Positions 9,592 through 19,917 of a stretch of DNA of 64,000 bases are shown in pieces. The stretch is from the IMG/VR virus record IMGVR_UViG_3300027759_000051. One strand, given 5' to 3'. The stretch's first letter is position 1; the number at the start of each line of letters is the position of its first letter. Below the pieces are notes generated by a model. The model was given only the letters and a program-made list of their open reading frames with translations. It made no database searches and was not told the origin of the DNA. Position numbers and translations under genes: made by a program. The stretch is from a virus.

Positions 9592-9802
9592 GTTTATTTT
9601 TTATTCTCTAGATTCATTTTCAATTTCCTCATCTCCTCTACTTGTAGCCATTTTTTGAGTTTCTCGCTCCGTATATGCACTTGTGATTGTCGTGCCACAT
9701 TTGCACATGTTCCCACTTGTGCCAGCGAAATGATTTCCTGCGACACTCCGTACAAATTCCACGAAAGCTTTTATCGGTGCTTATATTTAAAAGTGTTTCC
9801 AT

Positions 9803-9955
9803 TTATTTAATTTTGTTCTCTTTGTAAAACAATTCTAGTGCTTGTCGGATTACAGAACTTCTAGCAAGCTTCATGTTCTGAGATGCTAGTTCCATCTTTC
9901 TAGCGCTTTCTCCAGAAAGGTAAACAACCAATCTCTCTGATTCTTTTTTACTCAT
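9803..9955 (-). CDS. ribbon-helix-helix (CopG-like) protein (not in ORF track)
   Basis: Own translation MSKKESERLVVYLS..ARSSVIRQALELF, 50 aa. Confidence 0.6.
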   Translation of the reverse strand: MSKKESERLVVYLSGESARKMELASQNMKLARSSVIRQALELFYKENKIK

Positions 9956-10196
9956 CATTCGCCTCTTCTGAATCGGTAGAACTCATAAATTTATTAGCAG
10001 ATGGAGTTACTGGAGGGAAGCGCATTATTGGTAGGTCAATATAGGGATGTTTTGGCAGACGCATTAACTCAAGTTCATGTTCAAGTTCATGTATCCTTAT
10101 CTGGAGACTCAGTATATCTGGATAGTTGTCTATTGAACGTGGACACTCATTGCATGTGTACTTTCCACCTGGGGTGAATGGCTTCCAATGTTTCAT
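9948..10196 (-). CDS. hypothetical protein
   Basis: 82-aa ORF with CNEC, AAGGG RBS. Confidence 0.55.
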   Translation of the reverse strand: MKHWKPFTPGGKYTCNECPRSIDNYPDILSLQIRIHELEHELELMRLPKHPYIDLPIMRFPPVTPSANKFMSSTDSEEANDE

Positions 10197-10223
10197 ATCA
10201 TTCCCTTCTTTCGTTAACTATAG

Positions 10224-10297
10224 TACCGCACCTGGGAATTGAACCCAGCCGTGGATGTTTATAAGACATCTGTGTTCTACCAGCTCACCCGTGCGGT
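10224..10297 (-). tRNA. tRNA-Ile(UAU), atypical
   Basis: ACCGCAC/GTGCGGT acceptor stem, GATGT-CTTATAA-ACATC anticodon arm, CTGGG-TTCAATT-CCCAG T arm; weak D stem, G at position 8. Confidence 0.75.
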
Positions 10298-10384
10298 CAG
10301 AATCATGCCCGCACAAAGCGGGCTAGGTTATTGAATTCGCACGAAAAATTGAGCTTGGCACGCCGTTATTATATCTGGCTTTTT

Positions 10385-10579
10385 TTATTTTTCTATTTTT
10401 TTACCGAAATATTTCTTCATTTCATCTCCATCTAATATTATGTCTGGAGTCATGTTTCTTATATCCAGCAACCTGTCTATGACGCTACTAATTGACAAAA
10501 GCCTATGTTGGTCATGAGCGTATATACTGGAAAGTTCTTCTAGGTAATCGTCTATTTCTTTCACTTCTGAAGCATACAC
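10385..10579 (-). CDS. hypothetical protein
   Basis: 64-aa ORF. Confidence 0.45.
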   Translation of the reverse strand: MYASEVKEIDDYLEELSSIYAHDQHRLLSISSVIDRLLDIRNMTPDIILDGDEMKKYFGKKIEK

Positions 10580-10693
10580 GATTAAGGTTGAATATTTTTA
10601 AAATAATATTTGTTAGAGGTTGTTGTATTTAAAAAAATCTCATAATATAACAACAACCTACAAACAATGGCTAAATGCCTAAAGGAGATTAAA

Positions 10694-10897
10694 ATGTCCG
10701 AATACAATAAGCTTAAAAGCAAAGGACTTGGACGCGGTCGTCCAGCACTCAGCGCAGAAGAGCGTGAATCACGCCGTGACAGCAATGCGAAGCGCCAAGA
10801 AGCACGTCGTCGTGCTCATATTGTTTTGCAGCATAAGTACGCTGAAGAGTACGAGCGAATCTTCTCTACAGAGCTTCGTGAACTTACAAAAAAGTAA
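10694..10897 (+). CDS. small basic protein with AT-hook-like GRGRP motif
   Basis: AAAGGAG RBS before MSEYNK; followed by a terminator. Confidence 0.75.
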   Translation: MSEYNKLKSKGLGRGRPALSAEERESRRDSNAKRQEARRRAHIVLQHKYAEEYERIFSTELRELTKK

Positions 10898-10909
10898 TAC
10901 TTTTTAACT

Positions 10910-10949
10910 AGACACCAGGTGATTTAACGTCGCCTGGTGTCTTTTTTTT
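10910..10949 (+). terminator. intrinsic terminator
   Basis: agacaccaggtga/tcgcctggtgtct stem plus T tract. Confidence 0.85.
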
Positions 10950-11292
10950 ATTCATTTTGAACTCAAGTGATGCTATTTGATCAAGCATATCTTCTCGTTC
11001 TGCTTTGTCTTTTTGCTCGTAAATTTTAACGCTACTTATCTGGGCTTTTTCTGATGAGTTTCTTATTGGAAGTGGCATTTTTACATCTCGTAATATTTGT
11101 TGTTGTTTTTTTGTTTATGTGGTCTTTTGCGTGATTCGCCGTAAGCAGTTTGAACCCATGTATCGTAATCTTCTGGTATTCCAGAATTTGATATTACGTA
11201 TTTTTGATACATTTCAAAAAGATCTTCATCTTCCTCAAAATTTGGCATTTTATTTTTTATCTTTCATATATTTATGTACTTAACTTTTTATT

Positions 11293-14200
11293 TTAGAAAT
11301 CAATTTTTGATTTTATCCTGATTGACGTTCCTGCCCACCTGTCGTTGTTGGCTAAGCGCATTCTTGCGTTCTTGCTCAACTCCGCCAACTGTCTTGCGCC
11401 GTATTCCATTTTTTTTCTACTCTTGGACACTGCTTGCTCCATCCAGTAATGGGACATGTCAGCATGTGCGCCAAATGCAGCGCCAAGATTCTCTGCTAAA
11501 CGGCGCGCTGCTTCGTCTTGCGCTGTCGTTGAGTATGACTCTCCGCCAGTGAATATTTTTCTTGCTCCCATTTCCTTAAGCATGTCAGCTACTTCTTTGT
11601 CAACAGTGTCACTGTTTTTGTTTTTAACTACTCTTGCGTTAGGAAGCCTTAGCGGTTCTCCCGGTTTTGGAACTAGATACGTATCTACGGGAAATAAAAC
11701 ATCAAGACTGTCTGGGTTTGCATCAAGAACGTCTTTTAATGGAACAATAATTATATTTGTCCCAGAATCACTACGTTGTCTCCACATGTGACCCTGAGCT
11801 AGGTGGTTTAGCGTGAAGTGAAGAGTGTCTCTGTAGTATTCGTATGGTTTTCCATCAGCGTCTACAGTTTCTCCATCATACCCTTTTATTTCATAGTCAC
11901 CCATTGGACGCAGAATAATATTTCCATCTTCGTCTTCCTCTGTGTCGTATTTTGATTCATGGACTAGATAGAGGTCTTCAATTTTCAGATCAGACACACC
12001 TTCTCTGGCCATTTCAGATTCTATTTGCTTTAATCGTTCTTCAGATCGAGTAAAGCCAGTCAATCTTTCCTGTCTGGCTTCTTCTATTAGTCTTTCTCCG
12101 CTCTCAGCCAACGCATTGAACTCATCCATGGCATCTTCGTCGCCCCTTGACCCGGCATATAGGAGTGCTTCAACCTTGGTGCCGTCTCCTGACGCAGCCT
12201 TTGCTGCCGTCCACTTGAGTGCGAACTCCTGTCCCTCTATTGAATCAGGAGAATACCCAGTTATCTCGTATGGGTTTATAGCAACTCTTTCAAAATCTTG
12301 CTCACTCCAGTCTTCCCCAGAGAATTCATCTTGCGACATGAACGCTACTTTTTCTCCACCAATATCCCATACGTCTGCTTCAAACGACACGTCCTCCGAA
12401 GAATTAACTGCCTTTTCTTTACTTGAAACAGATGTTGGTTCTGGTTTGAGGTCGCCTCTTTTAAAATTCCTAGAAACTTTTTTGCCAGACGATAAACCTA
12501 TTTGCTTACTATCCTTAACATCGCCTCTGTCAATCAAGAACTCCAAGTCAAATGGCGATAGGTCTCCAAATTCGTTGCCATCTTGTTTTTTTATTTTCTG
12601 TTTTGCTGCGCTTAATCCAGAACTGAGCGAACTAGCCGTGTCGTTATCAACCTTTTGTAAAGATAGGAAATCAGCCATGTCCTTTTCGTACTGAGCCATT
12701 TCTTGGGCGTACTTTTGTTTCTTGGCATCTTGTCTCTTTGGTATGCCTTCTACGTCTAATAGTTGTCTTGGTGCTCTCTGATTTCTAATGCCATACTCAA
12801 ACATCTTGTTCACGATCTCTGCAGATGTTTCTGAATCTACGTCAGCAGTATGCCAACCACCAGCCATATCAACTCCAAGGTAATCAGCAACTGGACCCAG
12901 TGAACTAGATGCAGACTTCTTTCCGTTCCTCTCGGTAAATGGTCCATCTGGATTTTCTGGAGACCATCTTGGCAGTAACTCATCAGCCATTGGCTTGCTA
13001 TCAATTACGCCAGCATGTTGAAAGTCAAGACCGCTTTCACTGAGAGATCTTTCAAGAAAACCTAAGTCAAAAGGAGTGTACTGACCGCCAAGTAAAGGGT
13101 TTTTCCCCGCCCACGTAATAAACTGAGCGTGAGCTTCTTTATTTGACATCTGACTATCAGCCCACTCTTGAGTTAGTGGATCGCCATTTGCGTCTTTCAG
13201 ATTCTTGAGTGACCACTCACTTAATTTTCTGTCTGGTTTTATAAATAGATTAAATCTTTCAACAACTTTTCCGCCCTTAACTCTGACAGCACCAAGTTGA
13301 ACTGGCTTGTCTTCATCTCCAAGACCAGTTGTCTCGTAGTCAAAAAATATAACCTCTAGAGCCTCGTACCTTTGTTTCATTTCTTCGTATGTTGTACAGC
13401 CCTTGAATATCTCTAAGAATTTTCCAGTGAATGGGCCATTGTCGGGTGGTCTTGGAGCAAAAGGTTCTCTTGCGGGTTTTTTTGCTTCTTCTGGTTTGCT
13501 GATTTCTTTCCCTAAGTCAAGCGATATCTGATCGGTGTCTTCTTTTCTTTTTCTCTTACGACCAGAAGAAAGTCCATTTGGAAGGACGTCCCAAGGAGAT
13601 TCGTCTTTGTCAACATCGAGCATGTCTTCTATGTCTTTTTTCAAAACATCATTTATGGCGAAATGTTTTACTTCTCTGTTTGGGTGAAGATATGCAGAAA
13701 AACCTTCCGCAAGCATCTCACTCATTGATGAGTGTGCGTAAGCCGATCTAGCCCACGGCATACTCTTGTCGGAACTTCCAGATAGCAAATTCTGGACAAG
13801 TGGTTTTTCTGTATTATATTTTTCAGCTATTGATTTTTGTTTATATGAATTTTTTCTTGTAAGTAATTTCTTGCCTGTTGGCATCTCGTCATCTTCACTC
13901 ATTAAGGCATGAAGATAATGACCCCACTCATGCCTAATTATTCCACCAAGCGTTTCATCAATAACAGCCATTCCAACCGGAGTTGTGTATCCGTCTTCAC
14001 CAAAATTTATTTTGTTCTGGTCAATGGGGGAAATAAATACTGTTCTTATGTTTCCATAGGTCGTTGCGACTGGTGGATCTACGTCAACATTTTCAAGGTC
14101 TGGTCTTTTTGCTACTGCATCTGCTGCGTATATTTTTTGTTCTGGCAAATCCATGAACGCATCATTTGCTGATTTTGTTCTTTTTACAAAAGACGGCATT

Positions 14201-14868
14201 CCGTAGTTTGAAACAGCCCATTGAAATGATGGTGATTCATCTATTGCTTTTTCAACAATCGCTCTTACTTCGGCAACCGCAGAATCACTAAAGTCAATCT
14301 GCTTGTGGGGGGCATCAAGCGCAGATGAAAATAGTAATTTTGCTTGTTTTTGCATTGCTGGATCAGATATGTGAGAAAGGCGGGAGTTTTTAAACATCTC
14401 CCACATTTGGTCTTCGTTGCCGGGAACAACAAGTTTTGAAATCTGCTTAGAGGTGAGACCCTTTAGCCAGTCTGCCCTGTTCGGCAATATTTGCTTTCCG
14501 TCAATTTCACTAATATCGCCTAATTTATAATCTTTTGCTTGGTGTCTTGCTAGCGCTTCAGATACTCCGCTTGGTAGAGCGCCGAGGGATGGACGAGCAC
14601 TAGGTGGAGACTGCTCAGGTTGCATTTCGTTCTTTGGCGATGGTTTTGCTGAGCTCAGTCCCCCAACATTTGGTACTGCTGGCCTTCTGAAAAGTGGACT
14701 GTCATCTTGCACGAATCCATCATCATCACCGTCTATGGCTTTTGGGTCAAAGCTGTCAACAGCTCCCCTAGCCTTACCGATAGTGCGACCTAATTTTCTA
14801 GATTTAGTATCTATTCTTCTTCTAAATCCCCTTGGCGTTCCATCAAGGTTGATGTATCTATTTTCCAT
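11293..14868 (-). CDS. GLSSG-linker polyprotein: DGD leader, HExxH zincin, DEDDh 3'-5' exonuclease, unknown domain
   Basis: HEWGH..EMLAEGF; FFDYETTG..FDLGFL..HTADVD; four LSS[GA] linkers; likely start MENRY at 14868 (track start 14907). Confidence 0.8.
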   Translation of the reverse strand: MENRYINLDGTPRGFRRRIDTKSRKLGRTIGKARGAVDSFDPKAIDGDDDGFVQDDSPLFRRPAVPNVGGLSSAKPSPKNEMQPEQSPPSARPSLGALPSGVSEALARHQAKDYKLGDISEIDGKQILPNRADWLKGLTSKQISKLVVPGNEDQMWEMFKNSRLSHISDPAMQKQAKLLFSSALDAPHKQIDFSDSAVAEVRAIVEKAIDESPSFQWAVSNYGMPSFVKRTKSANDAFMDLPEQKIYAADAVAKRPDLENVDVDPPVATTYGNIRTVFISPIDQNKINFGEDGYTTPVGMAVIDETLGGIIRHEWGHYLHALMSEDDEMPTGKKLLTRKNSYKQKSIAEKYNTEKPLVQNLLSGSSDKSMPWARSAYAHSSMSEMLAEGFSAYLHPNREVKHFAINDVLKKDIEDMLDVDKDESPWDVLPNGLSSGRKRKRKEDTDQISLDLGKEISKPEEAKKPAREPFAPRPPDNGPFTGKFLEIFKGCTTYEEMKQRYEALEVIFFDYETTGLGDEDKPVQLGAVRVKGGKVVERFNLFIKPDRKLSEWSLKNLKDANGDPLTQEWADSQMSNKEAHAQFITWAGKNPLLGGQYTPFDLGFLERSLSESGLDFQHAGVIDSKPMADELLPRWSPENPDGPFTERNGKKSASSSLGPVADYLGVDMAGGWHTADVDSETSAEIVNKMFEYGIRNQRAPRQLLDVEGIPKRQDAKKQKYAQEMAQYEKDMADFLSLQKVDNDTASSLSSGLSAAKQKIKKQDGNEFGDLSPFDLEFLIDRGDVKDSKQIGLSSGKKVSRNFKRGDLKPEPTSVSSKEKAVNSSEDVSFEADVWDIGGEKVAFMSQDEFSGEDWSEQDFERVAINPYEITGYSPDSIEGQEFALKWTAAKAASGDGTKVEALLYAGSRGDEDAMDEFNALAESGERLIEEARQERLTGFTRSEERLKQIESEMAREGVSDLKIEDLYLVHESKYDTEEDEDGNIILRPMGDYEIKGYDGETVDADGKPYEYYRDTLHFTLNHLAQGHMWRQRSDSGTNIIIVPLKDVLDANPDSLDVLFPVDTYLVPKPGEPLRLPNARVVKNKNSDTVDKEVADMLKEMGARKIFTGGESYSTTAQDEAARRLAENLGAAFGAHADMSHYWMEQAVSKSRKKMEYGARQLAELSKNARMRLANNDRWAGTSIRIKSKIDF

Positions 14869-14884
14869 GATTATATTGTAGTTC

Positions 14885-15196
14885 CTATTTTGGTAGACGT
14901 TTCCCACATTTAGTGCAAATAGTCGCCCAAGGGTAGAACTTAGTCATGTTCACTGGATGATCGCATTCGAGGAGTGATCTAGCAGCGGCATCAAGGGTGT
15001 CTCTTATCCATGAAGAAAGTGTTTCTCCTGATATCTCAGAAGCCTTTTTCCAGTAATCCCTTTGCTTATCTGTTGTTCTTATAAGAACCTGCTTGTCAGC
15101 AGTTCCGCCGTCTTCGTTGATTATTGGACTAACCCCAAGGTCTTTTGATTCCATTACCTTGTCTATGGCTGCTCTTATGTTGTTGTCTTTACTCAT
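14885..15196 (-). CDS. hypothetical RHH-like protein with zinc ribbon
   Basis: QVLIRTT..WKKAS..LSSWIRDTL then CDH..CTKC. Confidence 0.6.
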   Translation of the reverse strand: MSKDNNIRAAIDKVMESKDLGVSPIINEDGGTADKQVLIRTTDKQRDYWKKASEISGETLSSWIRDTLDAAARSLLECDHPVNMTKFYPWATICTKCGKRLPK

Positions 15197-15806
15197 CTGC
15201 TTCTCCAACTATCTCTGCATCAACTATTGAATCATCACCAAGCATTCTCTTGACCTGCTCGGGGGGTAGAACTCCAGATATCCCCATTAGTTCAAGAAGT
15301 TGTCTTGCCTCTGTCTCTGGATTAAATGCATCAACTGCAGGTATGTCGCTTATTGACCCAGCAAGCGTGGCCTTTATCGGTTCCGAGTTTCTGGACTGAA
15401 CATCCATCTGGACACTGACGTTGACCTGATCCATTCCTAGCAGCTTTGTTCTTCTATCCATGATTGACAGAACTTGCTGGATGGCTTTCAGGTCTGGTTC
15501 TATTTGTACTTCTGTACCATCGTCCATTACCTGTCTGCGGTGTTGCGTGAGTGGCCATATTGCCTGCTGAAGACTATCTAAGCGTTCCAACTCAAGACGA
15601 AGTACTTCTGGGTAGGCAAGAAGAACTTCTCTGTTCATTTTTTCAAGCTGACGCTGTATGGATTTTGATACGGCTGCTGTTGTTATTCCGAATCTGCGCG
15701 CTATCTCGCTTGTAGATGTACCCGCTTGGCGCATCTTGAATATGCGCATATCACGTTCTGATAAAAATTCTTTCGTAACAATTTTGTTTGATTTTTCGTC
15801 AGCCAT
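15189..15806 (-). CDS. HTH protein, candidate terminase small subunit
   Basis: N-terminal HTH; ELERLDSL..AIQQVLSIMDRRTKLLGMD motif familiar from actinophage TerS-like proteins. Confidence 0.55.
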   Translation of the reverse strand: MADEKSNKIVTKEFLSERDMRIFKMRQAGTSTSEIARRFGITTAAVSKSIQRQLEKMNREVLLAYPEVLRLELERLDSLQQAIWPLTQHRRQVMDDGTEVQIEPDLKAIQQVLSIMDRRTKLLGMDQVNVSVQMDVQSRNSEPIKATLAGSISDIPAVDAFNPETEARQLLELMGISGVLPPEQVKRMLGDDSIVDAEIVGEADE

Positions 15807-15833
15807 TACACACCTAAGACAACTGTAGCCGAA

Positions 15834-17561
15834 CTATGTACTAACTTTAGCGAACTCCAGTACGTGGAATGGGAACATCTTTCCTCTAGTTATTTTTGTG
15901 GGCCATTGCCTCTCGTCTCGGGCTCCACGGAAATGCCTAAGATCATATACATACGGGGTTGGGGCAGTGAAGTCTGGGGTTATGGATATTCCGAATTCTG
16001 GCCACCTAGACCACACTGCTGATCCGAATGGTCGCAGGTCTCTGGTCGTCATACTTGTCCCAAGTGGGGCGTGGTGTTCTAGCCATAGAGCACATCCGTA
16101 GATGGTTCTGATGTAGTCAAGATATTTTGCAACCTCCAACGCAACTGCCTCGGATGTTCTTCCACCTGGGTCAACGAACGACTTATACAACGGCCCCAAC
16201 ACCAGTAGCTCTGGCTTTGCTTCCTCTATTTGTTGCTCCAGAAGCATCCTGTCTTCTTTTTTCAGAAGATCAAGACCTGCTGGCTGTGTATAAAGGTAGT
16301 TTGATGGATTTTTCATTCTTGACCTAGAAACGGCAGCCTCTAGAATTCTTCTTGATGTTCTCCTAATAATTCTTTCTGGGTTTTCTAAGTCAATGGTGAG
16401 CGTTCTTACGGGTTTTATATCCTGAAGTGTGAACGGATGTATCCCACATGATGACAAAATTGCCACTTGCCTAGCAAGCATTGTTTTTCCGACACCTTCG
16501 GCGGCAACAATTATTACTCTTTCTGATCTTTCCAGCAAGCCCGGAATAATCCAGTCGTAGGAATCGTCATCTGATTCTTTTACGAATTCATCCCAAAGGA
16601 CTAGACGACCCGTGTTGACTGGTTGCTCAGAAGATGTTGATTCAAGAATTGAATATGTCTTTGCAATCTTTTGGATTAGTGACATATCATCTCTTGATAG
16701 GAGAAGTGATATTTTTTCCAGAGCCAATTCTTCGGCTGATTTTTCTACTTCTTCTACTGCTTCGGCTTGTGGCTTATCTACGTCACCATCAAACCCGAGT
16801 TCAACCAAATCAGAAAAACGACCACCAGCAACAATGTGGTCAGTAATGTCCTTAGACGTAGGGGAGTGCATCACCATGACGGAACAACCAGCGGCAGAAA
16901 GTTCTTGCGAAACTAGTTTGGCATGGTTTTTTCCAGGTTCATCATTGTCGGCGATTATTGTTATGTACCCACCACGAAGTGTTTCCGTGTGAATGTCAAG
17001 CCATTTGCCAGCACCTCCGGGCATTGTCGTTGCAATTACCCCTTTTTCTGTGAGCGTGTCAGCATCTTTCTCGCCCTCAACTAAAAATACTCTGTCACCA
17101 TTTTTTATTGCTTGAGTAACTAGTGGTAAATTATACAAAACTTTTGGAGTGTCACCAAGCGAGTAGACCCATTCATCTTTCCCGTTTCCCACTGGTTTTC
17201 TTTGTCTAAAAGTCTTTTTACCATCTTGATCTATGTATCTGACTTTTTGGAATAGAAGATTCCATTCTTCGTCAACGTAGTCGTACGCCTTGACGAAAGT
17301 TATATATTCTTTTTTCTTTTCTAACTGCTTTTCTGGCATTAGGTCAGCAACCTTTATTCCAACAGAAGTACATATTGCCCCCACATCACACACCCCCCTG
17401 TGGCAGTGAACTAATGCCCTTCCGTCATTTCCCTCACTAACCACAAGGCTGGGATTCTGATCGTCATTTCTGCATGGGCATCTTGCTTGCCATCCAGTTG
17501 AGGTTTCTTTTACCCCCTCAAGCCTGTCTAATAAATTTTGTACCTGCGGTGAAGTGCTCAT
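15834..17561 (-). CDS. DNA primase-helicase (Zn-binding, TOPRIM, RecA-like AAA)
   Basis: CPC..CH..C; VEGEKDAD, ADNDEPG; Walker A AAEGVGKT. Confidence 0.9.
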   Translation of the reverse strand: MSTSPQVQNLLDRLEGVKETSTGWQARCPCRNDDQNPSLVVSEGNDGRALVHCHRGVCDVGAICTSVGIKVADLMPEKQLEKKKEYITFVKAYDYVDEEWNLLFQKVRYIDQDGKKTFRQRKPVGNGKDEWVYSLGDTPKVLYNLPLVTQAIKNGDRVFLVEGEKDADTLTEKGVIATTMPGGAGKWLDIHTETLRGGYITIIADNDEPGKNHAKLVSQELSAAGCSVMVMHSPTSKDITDHIVAGGRFSDLVELGFDGDVDKPQAEAVEEVEKSAEELALEKISLLLSRDDMSLIQKIAKTYSILESTSSEQPVNTGRLVLWDEFVKESDDDSYDWIIPGLLERSERVIIVAAEGVGKTMLARQVAILSSCGIHPFTLQDIKPVRTLTIDLENPERIIRRTSRRILEAAVSRSRMKNPSNYLYTQPAGLDLLKKEDRMLLEQQIEEAKPELLVLGPLYKSFVDPGGRTSEAVALEVAKYLDYIRTIYGCALWLEHHAPLGTSMTTRDLRPFGSAVWSRWPEFGISITPDFTAPTPYVYDLRHFRGARDERQWPTKITRGKMFPFHVLEFAKVST

Positions 17562-17908
17562 GAAATATCCGTTTTTGCGTAGTTGTAATTATTGATAATC
17601 ACTCCAGCACTGTACGAAACATTTTTTATATACCCCGATAGGACTATTCCTCTTTTGTTTCTCATATCCGCTCTTTGAGATTCGTTTTTTCCACCCCATG
17701 TTCCAAAAGGTTCATGCCTTAGTGAGTATTCGAGGCAATGTTCCCGAACTTCGCATCCTCCACATACTTGAGCTACGTAGGTGTCATTTGCAATTTTCTG
17801 TTTCTTCTCCGAAGGATTCATTCCGCCTTTTTTTATTGACGGAAACCAAAGCTGAACATCTTTCCCGGCACAAGACCCTCCAACTGGAGCGAAGTCGTAG
17901 TTGCTCAT
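17558..17908 (-). CDS. whiB: WhiB family transcription factor
   Basis: Four Cys (C..CGGC..C) and FGTWGG motif. Confidence 0.9.
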   Translation of the reverse strand: MSNYDFAPVGGSCAGKDVQLWFPSIKKGGMNPSEKKQKIANDTYVAQVCGGCEVREHCLEYSLRHEPFGTWGGKNESQRADMRNKRGIVLSGYIKNVSYSAGVIINNYNYAKTDIS

Positions 17909-17934
17909 AAATTCCCCTCTACAGATGCATATTT

Positions 17935-18357
17935 TTAATTAGGTTTTGAGATCCTAGCAACATCATGTGAAGAAAGAAATACCACTGCGCTCTTAATTAC
18001 AAATTTTCCGTCAACGTCACGAACTGATATGTCAATCGCATCAATGGGAATACCAAACCTACTGGCAATACCGGATCTAGTTCTTTCTACTGTCATTTCA
18101 AAATCAGTTAAAGACTGTTCTTCTTCTTCTTCTTCAAAAATATGAACAGGAGAAGCGGAAATGGCTTTCATCTCCGATGACTTTTCATCCACGCGAAGGC
18201 ACCATGCACAAGCAAGCGACTCGGTAGAAGATGCTCTTGCTCTTGATTCAACGTGACCACAAGAAAGTTTATGCAAATAACGCACCTGACCCCAAGAGCC
18301 AGTTTTAGTTACTTCAGTTACTTTTCGTCTAGGAGCACGGCGATGCTCTGTGGACAT
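17935..18357 (-). CDS. hypothetical protein with zinc-binding motif
   Basis: LSCGH..CAWC. Confidence 0.65.
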   Translation of the reverse strand: MSTEHRRAPRRKVTEVTKTGSWGQVRYLHKLSCGHVESRARASSTESLACAWCLRVDEKSSEMKAISASPVHIFEEEEEEQSLTDFEMTVERTRSGIASRFGIPIDAIDISVRDVDGKFVIKSAVVFLSSHDVARISKPN

Positions 18358-18363
18358 ATTTTA

Positions 18364-18717
18364 TTACTTGGCTTTAATACCAAGAATACGACGCCAGAAC
18401 TTAATTTTCTTTTGGCCGTTGTTGATTGCTTCACTGAAGATAGTGGTTGCTTCCGAGATCAACTCATCAGCTTTCTGAGTATCAATCACTTCGCTTGCTT
18501 CAGCGACTAAGCGTGAAAGACCAGCGCGATCAATTACATCATCAATGAATGATCCACTAGTGCTTTCTTCTTCAACTTTAGTTGTTGCTACTTTTTTAGC
18601 TGGTGCAGTCTTTTTTGCTGCAGCTTTTTTTACAGGTGCTTTTTTAGCAACTGTTTTTTTAGCAACTTCTTTTTTTGTAGTTGATTTTTTAACTGGTGTT
18701 TTTTTGTTATTTGACAT
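18364..18717 (-). CDS. histone H1-like Lys/Ala-rich protein
   Basis: KKTVAKKAPVKKAAAKKTAPAKK repeats; likely start MSNNKK. Confidence 0.7.
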   Translation of the reverse strand: MSNNKKTPVKKSTTKKEVAKKTVAKKAPVKKAAAKKTAPAKKVATTKVEEESTSGSFIDDVIDRAGLSRLVAEASEVIDTQKADELISEATTIFSEAINNGQKKIKFWRRILGIKAK

Positions 18718-18801
18718 GACAGTAATACTAGTCACAAATGTTTCCCTCATGGCGGAATTGCACCTCCCCTAGAAAAATTTAAAACAGTTTAGGCTCTTAG
18801 T

Positions 18802-19440
18802 ATGGAGGACAGTTACGCCGACAATTTCAGTAAACTCGCACTAGCTGCCACATCTGCGCAGCTAGCCAAAACTGTCTGCGTTCAAGAATACGGGGTCGGC
18901 GAAGATCTAACCTTTAATTTCATGGGGTGGAATGGTGATGAACTCATCATTGTTTGCCAAATGAAAAAAGAAATGATGCGAATGCACCCAAATGATAGGT
19001 TGGAGCGCTGTTCTTCCCTACTTACCGCACTCCGCAGGTACTGGTACATTACCGCTGTAACTATGGTTGCCGAAGGGTATTGCTCTCTTGACCCAGAAAA
19101 GACAAAGGGTGTTGAGTTAGCCAAAGATTTTGCAAAACAGGATTCAGCAGTTGAGGAGTGCATAACGCTAACTCATGCAGAAATAATTGATAACACTATA
19201 ATTAATGTTAATTTAATTGCTTTACCATATGTTTACGAAATTGGAAGAAACATAACTTGGCTAGAACTGCTCACTTGGCCGACGAAGGCTGAAAAGATAC
19301 TAAGAAATTCAGAATATCCAAAAATGCTAGAAAACTGCCTTAGGGGTGGCGTTGCTATGGATGATATTCCCATAGAGGCATACGACGAACTTCGTAGCAC
19401 AATAAATCAAAATGGATTCTATATACAGGAACTATTTTAG
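18802..19440 (+). CDS. hypothetical protein
   Basis: 212-aa ORF. Confidence 0.7.
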   Translation: MEDSYADNFSKLALAATSAQLAKTVCVQEYGVGEDLTFNFMGWNGDELIIVCQMKKEMMRMHPNDRLERCSSLLTALRRYWYITAVTMVAEGYCSLDPEKTKGVELAKDFAKQDSAVEECITLTHAEIIDNTIINVNLIALPYVYEIGRNITWLELLTWPTKAEKILRNSEYPKMLENCLRGGVAMDDIPIEAYDELRSTINQNGFYIQELF

Positions 19441-19452
19441 TACAATCTACTT

Positions 19453-19797
19453 ATGGACAGGCCATTCTACGATTCTCAATATAACAATTCAGAATCTTCA
19501 CGTAGGCTCTTTGATGACACCACAATAAGCGGAGCAAATAGGGAACCATGCATTGTCTGTGGACACCCAACCGGCGACTGTCACGGAGAGTCTGCCCCAC
19601 TAAAGGGAATAGCTGGCTTCGGTATTACTGAATCGCTTAAGCAAGTGCAAACTTTTTATGTTGAAGAAGATATTTATGAAGAAAAACAAATAACTCCGTT
19701 CACGAAAATAAAAGTGCTTGTCCATCGAGCAGGAAAGCACATTCCGTACTTAGAAGCAGAAAAACTTGGGTTAATTGTTGACAAAAATGGTAAATAA
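19453..19797 (+). CDS. hypothetical protein
   Basis: CIVCGHPTGDC motif. Confidence 0.7.
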   Translation: MDRPFYDSQYNNSESSRRLFDDTTISGANREPCIVCGHPTGDCHGESAPLKGIAGFGITESLKQVQTFYVEEDIYEEKQITPFTKIKVLVHRAGKHIPYLEAEKLGLIVDKNGK

Positions 19798-19917
19798 AAA
19801 ACACAGAAGTGCATATTTGTTAACGGCAAAAATTTAACACAACTTTAGACTCTTTCAGTATTTTGTGGTACGTTAAACTCTTACTTCCAAGTCAATCACA
19901 ACACACCTAGGAAAATC

